From: Candidatus Omnitrophota bacterium
GTDB lineage: Bacteria; Hinthialibacterota; Hinthialibacteria; Hinthialibacterales; Hinthialibacteraceae
DNA length: 64,000 nt
NCBI GenBank assembly: GCA_040755155.1
Contig: JBFMBP010000153.1
Coordinates: forward strand, 106,010-170,009
Direction: 5' to 3'
Shown here: piece after piece, positions 9,372 through 18,988 of the stretch
How the letters are laid out: every line of letters starts with the position of its first letter
Numbering within the stretch: position 1 is the stretch's first letter
Translations under genes and position numbers: made by a program
The notes under the pieces: model-generated
The model's database searches: none
Seen by the model: only the letters and a program-made list of their open reading frames with translations
What the model was told of the DNA's origin: nothing

Positions 9372-12074
9372 TCAATCCCCCATCCCCGCGTCTGGCTCCC
9401 AGACGAGGCGAAGGCCTATTCCATAGTCATTTCTAGACGTTGTTCTTTGATAATAACGCTTCGCTGACCGAACATCGCATTTATTGGAGCCCCCGCCTCG
9501 GCATACATAACTGGTTCCTATGCTAGGTCCATTTGGATCGATTTGTTCTTTTCTTATATATTGTCCATACCAATCCTGGCAACGTTCGTAAACGTTGCCA
9601 CCCATATCGAACAAACCCCAGAGATTTGGCAATTTTAAGCCAACTCGAGAAAATGCGCCATTATTTACGCTAACATAATAAGGCAAGCGTTTCATGCTCC
9701 CATTATTGTCTAATTCATCTTCTCCCCAATAATACATTGTCGTTGTTCCTGCGCGGCAGGCGTATTCCCACTCCGCTTCCGTTGGCAAACGAAACACTCC
9801 CAATCCCAAATTGTTCAGTTTCTGTAAATATCGCTGAATAGATTGCCATGTAACATTATCAACAGGAATATCGTTTATTTCTTTATTTCCAGCCATTAAA
9901 TTAATCCACTGCGCATTGGTGACTTCATATTTTCCTAAGTAAAAATCCTTCGTCAAAGTGACTCGATGCCTGATTTCATCATCAGAACGGCAAAATTCAC
10001 CCTCGGGGCTTCCTATACGAAACGATCCGGGGTAAATCATAATAAAATCTAATGGAATATTGTTTTCTGATAAATTTGGAAGTAAAACTCTATGTACTTC
10101 CAATTCGTTGTTTAATGTCCATTCGCTTTCCATAGATCGGTTCACGCCATCGGAGGAAAGTCCTACAATCTGGAATCGATAGCATTTGCTTTTTTGAGGA
10201 CCTTCCCGATAAACAGAAGAAGTATAGAAGCCGCTTTTAAAAGACCATTCGAAATATTGAATATCGCTGCTTCCCGTAATTCCCAAAAACTCAAACTTAT
10301 CCATTTCATCGACTTTTACCCAAATATGGTAATCTTTCACCAAAGGGGAATCTTCTCCAAAGTTCCAAGCGATCAAGATGGCGCGCCCATCAGGAACACG
10401 GTCTACTTTATTTAGCCAATCCATCGGCGGGGAAATATTTCCTTTCATCAAGTTCGTATGCGTAACAACTCGTCCGGCGGGAACGTTCGGGATAGGGATC
10501 GTCGGCATAGCCGCTGGTTCTGCTCCTTCTTGGCTCAGTAAAACCGGCGCTAATTGTTCCAATATGATTCGCGGACCGGAGGTAACGCCCAAAGGATATA
10601 CACGAAACTGATATGTATGATTGAATTGCGGGCCATTTAAATATAATGGACTAACATCAGGAGCATTAGGACGCCAATCGTAACTTGCCGCGTCTGCGGC
10701 GCAGCGAATCAGGAATTGATAACCCAATCCGTCTTGCCGCACATAAACATCCCAGCCAAGAGCGTTTGCATTCACATGATCCCACGCAATGGTAATGTTA
10801 ACGGCGTCGGGAGCGTCAAAATCGGTTTCTCTTGTCAGGTCGCCGGTTGACCACGGTTCGTCATATACATGGACGGCGTTCTTCGTCTCCAAAACTATAG
10901 GAGTAGCCGTTGGCGTATTAGTAGCCGTCGGCGTAAACGTTGGCGTAATCGTTGCCGTGGGCGTGATTGTTGGCGTAATCGTCGGCGTAGGCAAAGGCAA
11001 CCCTATATATTTTACTTTATAGCTGCCATACCCTCCCCAACGCTTCCCTGTATAATCGATATGAAATACCCCAAATGAATACTCATGGCCGAATTCAGGA
11101 CCGTTACGAAGTTTCAAAGAAACCAAGGGCGAATTCGGTTCCCATACAAAAAAGAAAGGACGTTCAATCCGCCATAGACTACCAAGATATTCGGAATATT
11201 TGGAGTCGATCAATACAAAAATATGAAAAACCTGAAAGTAATCGCTGCCGCCGCTTTTTTCCCACCAAATGGCGAGTTCTCTTGCGTCTTTCTCATCGTA
11301 ATCCTCCTTCCCGCCCAAGTTTTCTGAAGAATACCGATCGTCTGTGACGTACACTTCGCTTTCAGGAACTCGAGGATTGCCATAAAGCTTTTCCGGCGTC
11401 GCAAATGAGGACGGCGTAGGAGCGTATGTAGGAAGAGGCGCGTCAGCATCCCCCTCCTCATACGTTACCGGATAATAAGTATAATATCCAACTCCTATCA
11501 TTCCCTCATTTTTTGTGACGGGGAAAACATGGAAAAAATATAATCCTCCAAGCTCAGGACCATTGCGAAAGGCATCAGCCACTAATGGCGAATTCGCTTT
11601 CCATTCAAAAAGGTATGGAGGTCTATTTGAATTTGCGCGGCCTAAGTGTTGAATTTGGCGACTTCCTATTGATACGTTTAGTACATGCACATAATAATCT
11701 ACAATATCTGGATTGTTTCTCTCCTCTTCGCTAGGATTCCACCGCAAAACCAATTCCCGGTCGTTCTCTCTGTCATAATCCAGCCACCCGCTCAAATCGT
11801 CGAATGTATATTGATTATCCGTTACGATCATTCTGTTGGTTGGCAGGGAAAGATTCCAAGTCGGCCAGGGAGTAAGCGGAGTCGGCCATTCCGTCGGCGT
11901 AGAACCTAGCGTAGGCGTGACTGACGGCGTTTCCGTCATAAAATAGGCGGGCAAGGCGATAGGCGTTTCTCTCGCCGCTCCCGACGGCGGCGTTGGCGTG
12001 GGAGAGTAATCCTGCGAAACAGCTAGAAAGGGTTGAATCAAACATAACGCGGCAAAACAGTAAAATCTTTTCAT
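9372..12074 (-). CDS. Large secreted FN3-like x4 + C-terminal FGE-sulfatase-domain protein. Paralog 2 of 3.
   Basis: Signal peptide MKRFYCFAALCLIQPFLAVSQ. Same architecture as the 6624-9287 gene, with a near-identical C-terminal half. 15-nt gap to the downstream paralog. Confidence 0.8.
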   Translation of the reverse strand: MKRFYCFAALCLIQPFLAVSQDYSPTPTPPSGAARETPIALPAYFMTETPSVTPTLGSTPTEWPTPLTPWPTWNLSLPTNRMIVTDNQYTFDDLSGWLDYDRENDRELVLRWNPSEEERNNPDIVDYYVHVLNVSIGSRQIQHLGRANSNRPPYLFEWKANSPLVADAFRNGPELGGLYFFHVFPVTKNEGMIGVGYYTYYPVTYEEGDADAPLPTYAPTPSSFATPEKLYGNPRVPESEVYVTDDRYSSENLGGKEDYDEKDARELAIWWEKSGGSDYFQVFHIFVLIDSKYSEYLGSLWRIERPFFFVWEPNSPLVSLKLRNGPEFGHEYSFGVFHIDYTGKRWGGYGSYKVKYIGLPLPTPTITPTITPTATITPTFTPTATNTPTATPIVLETKNAVHVYDEPWSTGDLTRETDFDAPDAVNITIAWDHVNANALGWDVYVRQDGLGYQFLIRCAADAASYDWRPNAPDVSPLYLNGPQFNHTYQFRVYPLGVTSGPRIILEQLAPVLLSQEGAEPAAMPTIPIPNVPAGRVVTHTNLMKGNISPPMDWLNKVDRVPDGRAILIAWNFGEDSPLVKDYHIWVKVDEMDKFEFLGITGSSDIQYFEWSFKSGFYTSSVYREGPQKSKCYRFQIVGLSSDGVNRSMESEWTLNNELEVHRVLLPNLSENNIPLDFIMIYPGSFRIGSPEGEFCRSDDEIRHRVTLTKDFYLGKYEVTNAQWINLMAGNKEINDIPVDNVTWQSIQRYLQKLNNLGLGVFRLPTEAEWEYACRAGTTTMYYWGEDELDNNGSMKRLPYYVSVNNGAFSRVGLKLPNLWGLFDMGGNVYERCQDWYGQYIRKEQIDPNGPSIGTSYVCRGGGSNKCDVRSAKRYYQRTTSRNDYGIGLRLVWEPDAGMGD

Positions 12075-12161
12075 CACATGTTTCCCTCGTTTCGAAAGTC
12101 GCCACAATTCCTTTTCAAATCTACCATTAATATATAAACTCTTGTTTTGAAGGTTATTTAT

Positions 12162-15100
12162 TTACTCTTGTGTTCCCGCGTCCGGTTCCCAGACGAGGCG
12201 AAGGCCGTTCGATGCGTATCCATAATCTAAAATTCCATAGGAATAATTCCGCGAATAATAACGATAGGCGGATCGGCAATCATAAATCGTTTTTCCGCCT
12301 CCTCGGCATACATGCAATATGCCTGTCGCAGCTCCAGCAGGATCGATGCAGATATCAACTTCATACGGACCATACCAATCTTGGCACCATTCGTAGACAT
12401 TCCCGCTCATGTCAAACAATCCCCAAGCGTTTGGGTGTCTTAAACCGACAGGATAATTGCAGCAATAGGGAATGCTTACGTAATAATTCATTCGTTTCGA
12501 TTGCTCGTTTGGCATCCATTCGTCATCGCCCCAATACAATCGCGTTGATGTTCCCGCTCGACATGCGTATTCCCATTCCGCTTCCGTCGGCAATCGAAAT
12601 TTACCTAATCCTAGCTGGCTCAACATTTCCGCATACGCTTGCGCCGCATACCACGATACGCTGTCGATGGGATAATTTCCCGAATAAGGATTGTACTGTG
12701 TTATCGAGCGCCATTGTTCTTGCGTCACTTCATATTTTCCAATATAAAAATCTTTTGTGATTGTTACTTCATGCTGCGTTTCATCCTCTCGCCGAAACTG
12801 ATCGATCATCGGACTTCCCATAAGAAACGTCCCGGCTTTTATGAGAATAAAATCAAGCGGCTTCGAATGCTCCGGCATATTCGGCAGCGGAATTCTTTGA
12901 ACGATCATTTCCGAATTCAAAATCCAATCGCTCTCTAAAACTCTTTTCACCCCGTCGGAAGATATTCCTACAATCCGAAAACGATAGCATTTGCCTTTTT
13001 GAGGACCTTCCCGATAAGCTGGAGAAGTATAAAATTCACTTTTTGGCGACCATTCAAAATATGAAATTTCGCCGCTTCCCGTACTTCCCAAAAATTCGTT
13101 GCCGTCCATCTCGCCGACTTTTATTCGAATATGATAGTCTTTAATCAAAGCAGAGTCTTCGCCGAAATTCCAAGCGATAAGAATGGCGCGCCCATCAGGA
13201 ACGCTGTCTTCTTTATTAAGCCAATCCATCGGCGGGGGAATATTTCCTTTCATCAAGTTCGTATGCGTAACAACCCGTCCGGCGGGAACGTCAGGAATAG
13301 GGATCGTCGGCATAGGCGCCGGTTCCTCTCCTTCTTGGAGCAATAGTACTGGCGCCGATTGCTCCAATATCATTTGCGGACCGGACGCAACGCCCAAAGG
13401 ATATACGCGAAATTGATAAGTATGATTGAATTGCGGGCCTTTTCGATATGCGGGATTAACATTTGGAGCATTAGAGCGCCAATCCCAACTTGTTTCGTCG
13501 GCGGAACAATGAGCCAAGAATTGATACCCCAATCCATCTTGGCGAACATAGACATCCCATCCTTGAACGCCAGTTATAACCGTCTCCCAAGAAATAGTGA
13601 GATTAATATCGTCAGGAAAATCAAAATCGCATTTACCCGATAAATCCTCACTAGCGCCAGGTTCGTCAAAAACATAAATCTCATATATTTTTCCCGTTTT
13701 TGTAGGCGTCGGCGTAGGAGGCAGTAGCGTAGGAGTTGGCATTGGCGTTGTTTTCTTCTCAATGTTATGAGGAGTTGAGTTGGGATAACCTGTATATAGA
13801 ACATCAGTGGTCGAAATCGATCCCCATTTCATGCCGATTTTATCAACATAATACATTACAAACGAATAAAGATGTCCAAATTCAGGACCATGGCGAAATT
13901 TCAAATCCACCCAAGGCGCATTGGGTTTCCATACAAAATGATAGGGCTTTTCGATTTGCCAAGTACTTCCTAGGTACTCTCTGTTCCGTAAATCTTTTGT
14001 ATTAACAAAAATCTGAAATTCTCGTAAATAATCTTTTTCTTCCGCCATATTCCACCACAATACCAATTCTCTTTCATCGGCGTAATCATAATCAGTCTTA
14101 TTACATAGATTTTCCTTCGAAAACTCGTCATCTGTAATAATCATTTCATAAAATGGAATTGCGAAATTTGGTATTGGAGTTGTTGGTTTTGTTGACGGGA
14201 GTGGAGTTTTAGTCGATGTTGGACGCGGGTAATCGTTTGTTCCCGACATAAATCGAATCGTATTGTAGTTATAATATCCGTATCCAGCAATGATATTGCT
14301 TTTTGTGACTGGAAAAACATGAAAATTATACATATTACCAAATGCAGGACCATTGCGATAAATTTTTGATACTAATTCAGATCCTGCTTTCCATGCAAAT
14401 ATATATGGCGGTTTGCTTGAGTTTGTATGGCCTAGATGTTCAAAACCGGATTTGTTTATTGATAGTTGTACATAATAATCTACAATATCCAGATTGGTTT
14501 TTTCTGATTCGTTGGGATTCCATCGTAAAACCAATTCTCGGTCATTTTCTGTATCGTAATCTAACCAACCGTCTAAATTTTCGTATGTATATTGATTATC
14601 CGTTACGATCATTCTATCGGAAGGCATAGATGAATTCCACGTTGGTGATGGAATAGGAAAATTTGGCGTCTCTAACGGCGTAGGCAATGACGTCGCGTCA
14701 AGCCATTTCAAATAATAAATAGGATGATTTCCTGAATATGTGTTTAATATTTTATTTGAGATCCTTGTTGCAATCACTCTTACATTAAAATAATATTTAA
14801 CGCCAAATTGCGGACCGTCTCTATATTTTTCATCGATTAAAGACGATCCAGGCGCCCAAATAATTTCAAACGGTTTTTCTCCACTGCCTGTATGACCTAG
14901 ATATTCTTCTTTTTGATTTTCGCTTGTTGATACATACGCCCGAAAATCCTTGCAGCCGTAATCTTCCGAATCCATTTCAAGATCCCATCGAATGACCAAC
15001 TCGCGTTCATCTTCTGAGTCGTAATCCACACGAATAAATTGCGTTAAATCCTCAAAAGAATAACGATCGTCCGTCACGATAATATTATTTACAGGAACGG

Positions 15101-15659
15101 TAGGAATAGGTGTAATCGGCGAGGGCGTTGGAGTAAGAGTTAACGCATTTACATATTGTACTTTATGGTTCATATCAAAAAACATAAAGTCACTTCCATC
15201 TTTGTCAATTAAAGCAGCTCGAAATTTATATTCATGGCCAAATTGCGGGCCATTCCGAAATTTCGGTTCAACGATTGGATTATCAGGAATCCATGAAAAT
15301 AAAAAAGGACAGTCGATTAGCTGAACGCTGCACAATAATTCAAATTTAGTACTACTCTGGTAATCGCGTACATAGATATGAAAATTTATTTTACAGGGTT
15401 CGGTCCCCACCCCTGGGAACTTCCACCATAACGCCAATTCCCTCTCGTTTTCAAGATCGTAATCCCCCAATCCACATAAATTTTCGGCGGAATATTTATC
15501 GTCAGTGACAATAACGCAATTATAATTAAAAACAGGTTTGGCGATAGGCGTCTCCGTATTCGCATCTGGCGTTCTTGTTGGAGTCGGAGTGAAGTCCTGC
15601 GCGTTGGCGATAATCGATTGGACAAATAATAACCCTGTCAAAAGATGGATTTTTTTCAT
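12162..15659 (-). CDS. Large secreted FN3-like x6 + C-terminal FGE-sulfatase-domain protein. Paralog 3 of 3.
   Basis: Signal peptide MKKIHLLTGLLFVQSIIANAQ. Six modules ending in the xGPxFGxxYxFxV signature. C-terminal FGE-sulfatase block (RLPTEAEWEYACRAGTSTRLYWG..NAWGLFDMSGNVYEWCQDW). The N-terminal half is markedly AT-rich. Confidence 0.8.
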   Translation of the reverse strand: MKKIHLLTGLLFVQSIIANAQDFTPTPTRTPDANTETPIAKPVFNYNCVIVTDDKYSAENLCGLGDYDLENERELALWWKFPGVGTEPCKINFHIYVRDYQSSTKFELLCSVQLIDCPFLFSWIPDNPIVEPKFRNGPQFGHEYKFRAALIDKDGSDFMFFDMNHKVQYVNALTLTPTPSPITPIPTVPVNNIIVTDDRYSFEDLTQFIRVDYDSEDERELVIRWDLEMDSEDYGCKDFRAYVSTSENQKEEYLGHTGSGEKPFEIIWAPGSSLIDEKYRDGPQFGVKYYFNVRVIATRISNKILNTYSGNHPIYYLKWLDATSLPTPLETPNFPIPSPTWNSSMPSDRMIVTDNQYTYENLDGWLDYDTENDRELVLRWNPNESEKTNLDIVDYYVQLSINKSGFEHLGHTNSSKPPYIFAWKAGSELVSKIYRNGPAFGNMYNFHVFPVTKSNIIAGYGYYNYNTIRFMSGTNDYPRPTSTKTPLPSTKPTTPIPNFAIPFYEMIITDDEFSKENLCNKTDYDYADERELVLWWNMAEEKDYLREFQIFVNTKDLRNREYLGSTWQIEKPYHFVWKPNAPWVDLKFRHGPEFGHLYSFVMYYVDKIGMKWGSISTTDVLYTGYPNSTPHNIEKKTTPMPTPTLLPPTPTPTKTGKIYEIYVFDEPGASEDLSGKCDFDFPDDINLTISWETVITGVQGWDVYVRQDGLGYQFLAHCSADETSWDWRSNAPNVNPAYRKGPQFNHTYQFRVYPLGVASGPQMILEQSAPVLLLQEGEEPAPMPTIPIPDVPAGRVVTHTNLMKGNIPPPMDWLNKEDSVPDGRAILIAWNFGEDSALIKDYHIRIKVGEMDGNEFLGSTGSGEISYFEWSPKSEFYTSPAYREGPQKGKCYRFRIVGISSDGVKRVLESDWILNSEMIVQRIPLPNMPEHSKPLDFILIKAGTFLMGSPMIDQFRREDETQHEVTITKDFYIGKYEVTQEQWRSITQYNPYSGNYPIDSVSWYAAQAYAEMLSQLGLGKFRLPTEAEWEYACRAGTSTRLYWGDDEWMPNEQSKRMNYYVSIPYCCNYPVGLRHPNAWGLFDMSGNVYEWCQDWYGPYEVDICIDPAGAATGILHVCRGGGKTIYDCRSAYRYYSRNYSYGILDYGYASNGLRLVWEPDAGTQE

Positions 15660-15939
15660 CGCAAGTTTCCCTCGCATCGGTCCTTAAGCCGATTCTCTTT
15701 TGGAGAAAACCTTCGTTCATACGTTCCCGGCGAGATGGAGCGCCCCCCGCCCGCCGCCTTGGGTAGAATGTCTTTTGGGGAATGGATGACGAATGGATCG
15801 CGGGACTTTTCGCCTATTCCCCCTTTGCTTTATATTATCACAAAAATAGATAACGTACATAATAACAATCTAAAATATAACATAAAAATACTAAAATCAG
15901 CCGAAACCAGCCGGGCGGGAATTTCCTTCACTCTCATAT

Positions 15940-15968
15940 TGAACATTTGTTTAGTACGCGCTATAATT
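15940..15968 (+). promoter_or_regulatory. Candidate sigma-70 promoter (TTGAAC-17-TATAAT) overlapped by a LexA-box-like GAAC-N4-GTTT dyad upstream of umuD
   Basis: TTGAAC at 15940-15945 and TATAAT at 15963-15968 with a 17-nt spacer. GAACATTTGTTT at 15941-15952 resembles the CGAAC-N4-GTTCG SOS box used by many non-gammaproteobacterial LexA proteins, with one mismatch. Sits 38 nt upstream of the umuD ATG. Confidence 0.4.
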
Positions 15969-16005
15969 CTTACTGCAGGAAGGATGCGCGCGAGGTGGAG
16001 TCATC

Positions 16006-16437
16006 ATGAAAAACGAATTTTGGACGCTGGATAACGATTCTTTATTCGAGCCGAGGGCGGCGCCGTTGGCGGGGCCGAGCGCGGCGGCGGGATTTCCCTC
16101 GCCCGCCGACGATTACGTGGAAAAGCAACTGGACTTGAACGAATACCTGATTCACAACCCGGCGGCGACCTTTTTCGTGCGGGTGTCGGGAGATTCCATG
16201 ACCGGCGCGGGCATCCACCACGGCGACATCCTGGTGGTGGACCGCTCGCTGGAGGCGGCGGCGGGGATGGTGGTGGTGGCGGCGGTGGAGGGAGAGATGG
16301 TGGTGAAGCGGCTGCGGCGTCTGGAAGGCAAACTGGCGCTGACGCCGGACAACGACGCCTATCCCCCCATCGAGATCGGCGAGGAGACGGAATGCGCCGT
16401 GTGGGGAGTAGTTACCCATGCCATCCATGCGGTCTGA
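16006..16437 (+). CDS. umuD: UmuD-like S24 peptidase (LexA C-terminal-domain family), error-prone polymerase accessory subunit
   Basis: Ser/Lys dyad context [23 protein letters not shown] and VVKRL. AAG cleavage-site region. 143 aa. Overlaps the downstream Y-family polymerase gene. Confidence 0.85.
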   Translation: MKNEFWTLDNDSLFEPRAAPLAGPSAAAGFPSPADDYVEKQLDLNEYLIHNPAATFFVRVSGDSMTGAGIHHGDILVVDRSLEAAAGMVVVAAVEGEMVVKRLRRLEGKLALTPDNDAYPPIEIGEETECAVWGVVTHAIHAV

Positions 16438-17779
16438 AGCGAAGCGGCCTCCGGCCATCGCGCTGGCGGACTGCAATAACTTTTACGCCTCCTGCGAGCG
16501 GGTGTTCCGGCCCCATCTGGAGGGAAAGCCGGTAGCGGTGCTTTCCAACAACGACGGCTGCGTGGTAGCGCGTTCCAACGAGGCGAAGGCGTTGGGAATC
16601 GCGATGGGCGAGCCGTTCTTCAAAGCGCGGGCGCTCTTGGAACGGGCGGGAGGACAATTCTTTTCCTCCAACTATGCGCTGTACGGCGATATGTCGCAGC
16701 GGGTGATGAGCGCGCTGGCTCAGTTCACGCCGGATTTGGAAATCTACTCCATCGACGAGGCCTTTCTCAACTTGACGGGAATCCCCGCCGGGGACGCGGC
16801 GGACTATGCGCGGCGCATCCGGCGGGTGGTGAAGCAATGGACGGGCATCCCCGTCTCCATCGGCGTCGCCGAGACGAAGACGCTGGCCAAGATCGCCAAC
16901 CGCATCGCCAAAAAACAGCGCCCGGACGGCGTATTCGACCTGCGAGCGGCGCCCTCCCGCGAGGAGACGCTGGCGTCGGTCGCCGTGGAAGACGTGTGGG
17001 GCATCGGACATCGCTACGCTTTCCGGCTGCGCCAGCGCGGCGTGGAAACGGCGTTGGCGCTGCGCGACGCCGACGAGCGCTGGATTCAAAAGGAAATGGC
17101 GATGGGCATTGTCGGCGTGCGGCTGGTGTACGAACTGCGGGGGATTCCCTGCCTGCCGTTGGATCTCTGCCCCTCGCCGAAGAAAGAGATCGTCTGCTCG
17201 CGCTCGTTCGGGAGGCCGGTGGAGTCGCTGGCGGAACTGAAGGAAGCCACGGCGGAGTACGTCAGCCGCGCGGCGGAAAAGCTGCGGCGGCAAGGATCGC
17301 TGGCGGGCGGCGTGGGGGTGTACCTGATGACCAATCCCTTTAAAAACGAACCGCAGTACTACAACTCGGCCTATATCCCCTTCCCCGCGCCGAGCAACAT
17401 CACGCCGGAGATGATTGCGTACGCGCTGGCGGCGCTGGAGAGGATGTACCGCCCCGGCTACCGTTACAAAAAAACGGCGGTTTTGCTCAGCGGGCTGGTT
17501 CCGGACAACGTGATTCAGACCAGTTTCTTCGACGAGGACGACGAAAGCCGCATGAGGGGAATGCGGCTGATGCGGACCGTGGATAAAATCAACGCCCGGC
17601 TGGGAGGAGGAGCGGTGAAATTCGGAGCGGCGGGCATCGCCCAAGAATGGCAAATGCGGCGGCGGCATCGCTCGCCCGCCTACACGACGCGCTGGGACGA
17701 ACTGGCCGTGGTGAAATCGGGCGACGGATGCTTCCGGCGGGCGGCGCGGAAACGGAAAAACAAACGGGAAAAACGATGA
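16418..17779 (+). CDS. umuC: Y-family DNA polymerase (UmuC / Pol V catalytic subunit)
   Basis: N-terminal [53 protein letters not shown] is a classic UmuC/DinB palm motif. 453 aa. Coupled to umuD by a 20-nt overlap. The start may be the second ATG at 16427. Confidence 0.85.
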   Translation: MPSMRSEAKRPPAIALADCNNFYASCERVFRPHLEGKPVAVLSNNDGCVVARSNEAKALGIAMGEPFFKARALLERAGGQFFSSNYALYGDMSQRVMSALAQFTPDLEIYSIDEAFLNLTGIPAGDAADYARRIRRVVKQWTGIPVSIGVAETKTLAKIANRIAKKQRPDGVFDLRAAPSREETLASVAVEDVWGIGHRYAFRLRQRGVETALALRDADERWIQKEMAMGIVGVRLVYELRGIPCLPLDLCPSPKKEIVCSRSFGRPVESLAELKEATAEYVSRAAEKLRRQGSLAGGVGVYLMTNPFKNEPQYYNSAYIPFPAPSNITPEMIAYALAALERMYRPGYRYKKTAVLLSGLVPDNVIQTSFFDEDDESRMRGMRLMRTVDKINARLGGGAVKFGAAGIAQEWQMRRRHRSPAYTTRWDELAVVKSGDGCFRRAARKRKNKREKR

Positions 17780-17924
17780 ATAAAGCGAAAAATTCGGCGA
17801 ATCAATATCGTCGGGATTCGCTTCGTTCGACCAATCCTAATTCTAAAATCCTACGAAGCAAAAGAAAAACAATCCTCTCCCCCCACTTCCTGAATCGCGA
17901 TATAATGCTTCCAGGAGATGAACC

Positions 17925-18149
17925 ATGCTGAAAACATTCCATGCCAGTCTTTACCGCGATCGGAACGGCTATTCTGCTCAATGCTTGGAAGTGGACATCG
18001 TCAGCCAAGGCGCAACGAAAGAAGCCGCGCTCGCCAACCTTAAAGAAGCAGTCGAACTCTACTTCGAACCGCCTCAAGCTCATCCCATGCCGGAAATCCA
18101 CGCCTTCGAGGTTGACCTTGCCGCCGCTGAAACCGCTTCCGTTTCGTGA
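17925..18149 (+). CDS. hicB: HicB-family antitoxin (UPF0150 N-terminal domain only)
   Basis: MLKTFHASLYRDRNGYSAQCLEVDIVSQGATKEAALANLKEAVELYFE matches the HicB/UPF0150 fold. 74 aa. Directly precedes and overlaps a HicA-like ORF. Confidence 0.65.
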   Translation: MLKTFHASLYRDRNGYSAQCLEVDIVSQGATKEAALANLKEAVELYFEPPQAHPMPEIHAFEVDLAAAETASVS

Positions 18150-18342
18150 CGTTAAACGTAAACTCCCGTCCCTCGGCTTCCACCAAGCGTCTCAACGCGG
18201 CAGCCATGTCAAATTCATCAAAGAAACGCCTGACGGCGTTCGTGTTGTGATTGTTCCCATGCACAGAGAAATCGAGGTTGGAACTCTTAAAAACATCCTT
18301 CGTCTGGCGGGAATATCGACTGAAGAATTTATTGATCTCTAA
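18118..18342 (+). CDS. hicA: HicA-family mRNA-interferase toxin; TTG start inferred
   Basis: C-terminal 66 aa ..PFRDVKRKLPSLGFHQASQRGSHVKFIKETPDGVRVVIVPMHREIEVGTLKNILRLAGISTEEFIDL fits HicA (YcfA) including the conserved GSH. No ATG or GTG in frame near the domain start. TTG at 18118 sits 6 nt after GAGG. The long ORF from 17941 would overlap hicB completely and is rejected. Confidence 0.55.
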   Translation: MPPLKPLPFRDVKRKLPSLGFHQASQRGSHVKFIKETPDGVRVVIVPMHREIEVGTLKNILRLAGISTEEFIDL

Positions 18343-18409
18343 GTAATCCTGAATAATATTTAGCGCCGTTGACTAACTGAAAATACCTCCTCCGGTGTTG
18401 ACCCACCCA

Positions 18410-18988
18410 TTACTTCGCGAAGTTGAGAACTCCATCCACTTTGGAAACATCGCATATGTGCAAACTGCGTTTGCGGTTTTTTTCTCCCGCCGGACCTTCC
18501 CCTAAAGAGCAGGTGGGAATGACGATCTTGCCGTCCTGTCCCAGAATCAGACTGTATTTATAGTCGCCCACATCGATGCAATCCGGTTCCGCGCCCAGTT
18601 TGAAATAGGGGGGATTGGATTTATCGAGGCGAATCACGGCGCCGCCTTGAGACTTCTCCATGATCTCGTTCAATTCGAATAACTCGCAGATTTTCTCGCC
18701 CGGCTTGGTATGATTTTTATTCGCCAGGTAGGTCAGGCAATTGGCGGCGAGCGTCAAGCGCGCCGAACACTCAACGCCGCGCCACATAAATAAAGCGTCA
18801 AAATAATTGGGGATGGCGATCAAGGCGATGAGCAGCGCCGAAATCGCGAGGCAAACGATTTCCCATAGCTGCAATCCGAGAATCGTGCGCTTCTCTTCTC
18901 TCTCCCCACTCCGTTCGGGTATCGCCCGGACAGGGGCGTCGCTCGTCCGATCCTTTTGCGCTTCCACTGAGGCGTTCATTTCGTTCAT
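18410..18988 (-). CDS. Divergent type IV pilin/pseudopilin-like protein with a long leader, translationally coupled to the upstream TPR gene
   Basis: Segment G-LQLWE-IVCLAISALLIALIAIPNY parallels the prepilin consensus G-FTLIE...IAIPNF (Glu at +5, IAIPNY). Start ATG at 18988 overlaps the TPR stop (ATGA). GGAG RBS. The ORF-track N-terminal extension is rejected. Confidence 0.5.
   Translation of the reverse strand: MNEMNASVEAQKDRTSDAPVRAIPERSGEREEKRTILGLQLWEIVCLAISALLIALIAIPNYFDALFMWRGVECSARLTLAANCLTYLANKNHTKPGEKICELFELNEIMEKSQGGAVIRLDKSNPPYFKLGAEPDCIDVGDYKYSLILGQDGKIVIPTCSLGEGPAGEKNRKRSLHICDVSKVDGVLNFAK

Noticed and set aside
16412-17668. 418-aa ORF on the minus strand antisense to umuC
   Set aside because: It lies entirely inside the GC-rich umuC gene. 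R/G/P/A-rich low-complexity translation is typical of antisense ORFs in high-GC DNA. No homology signal.
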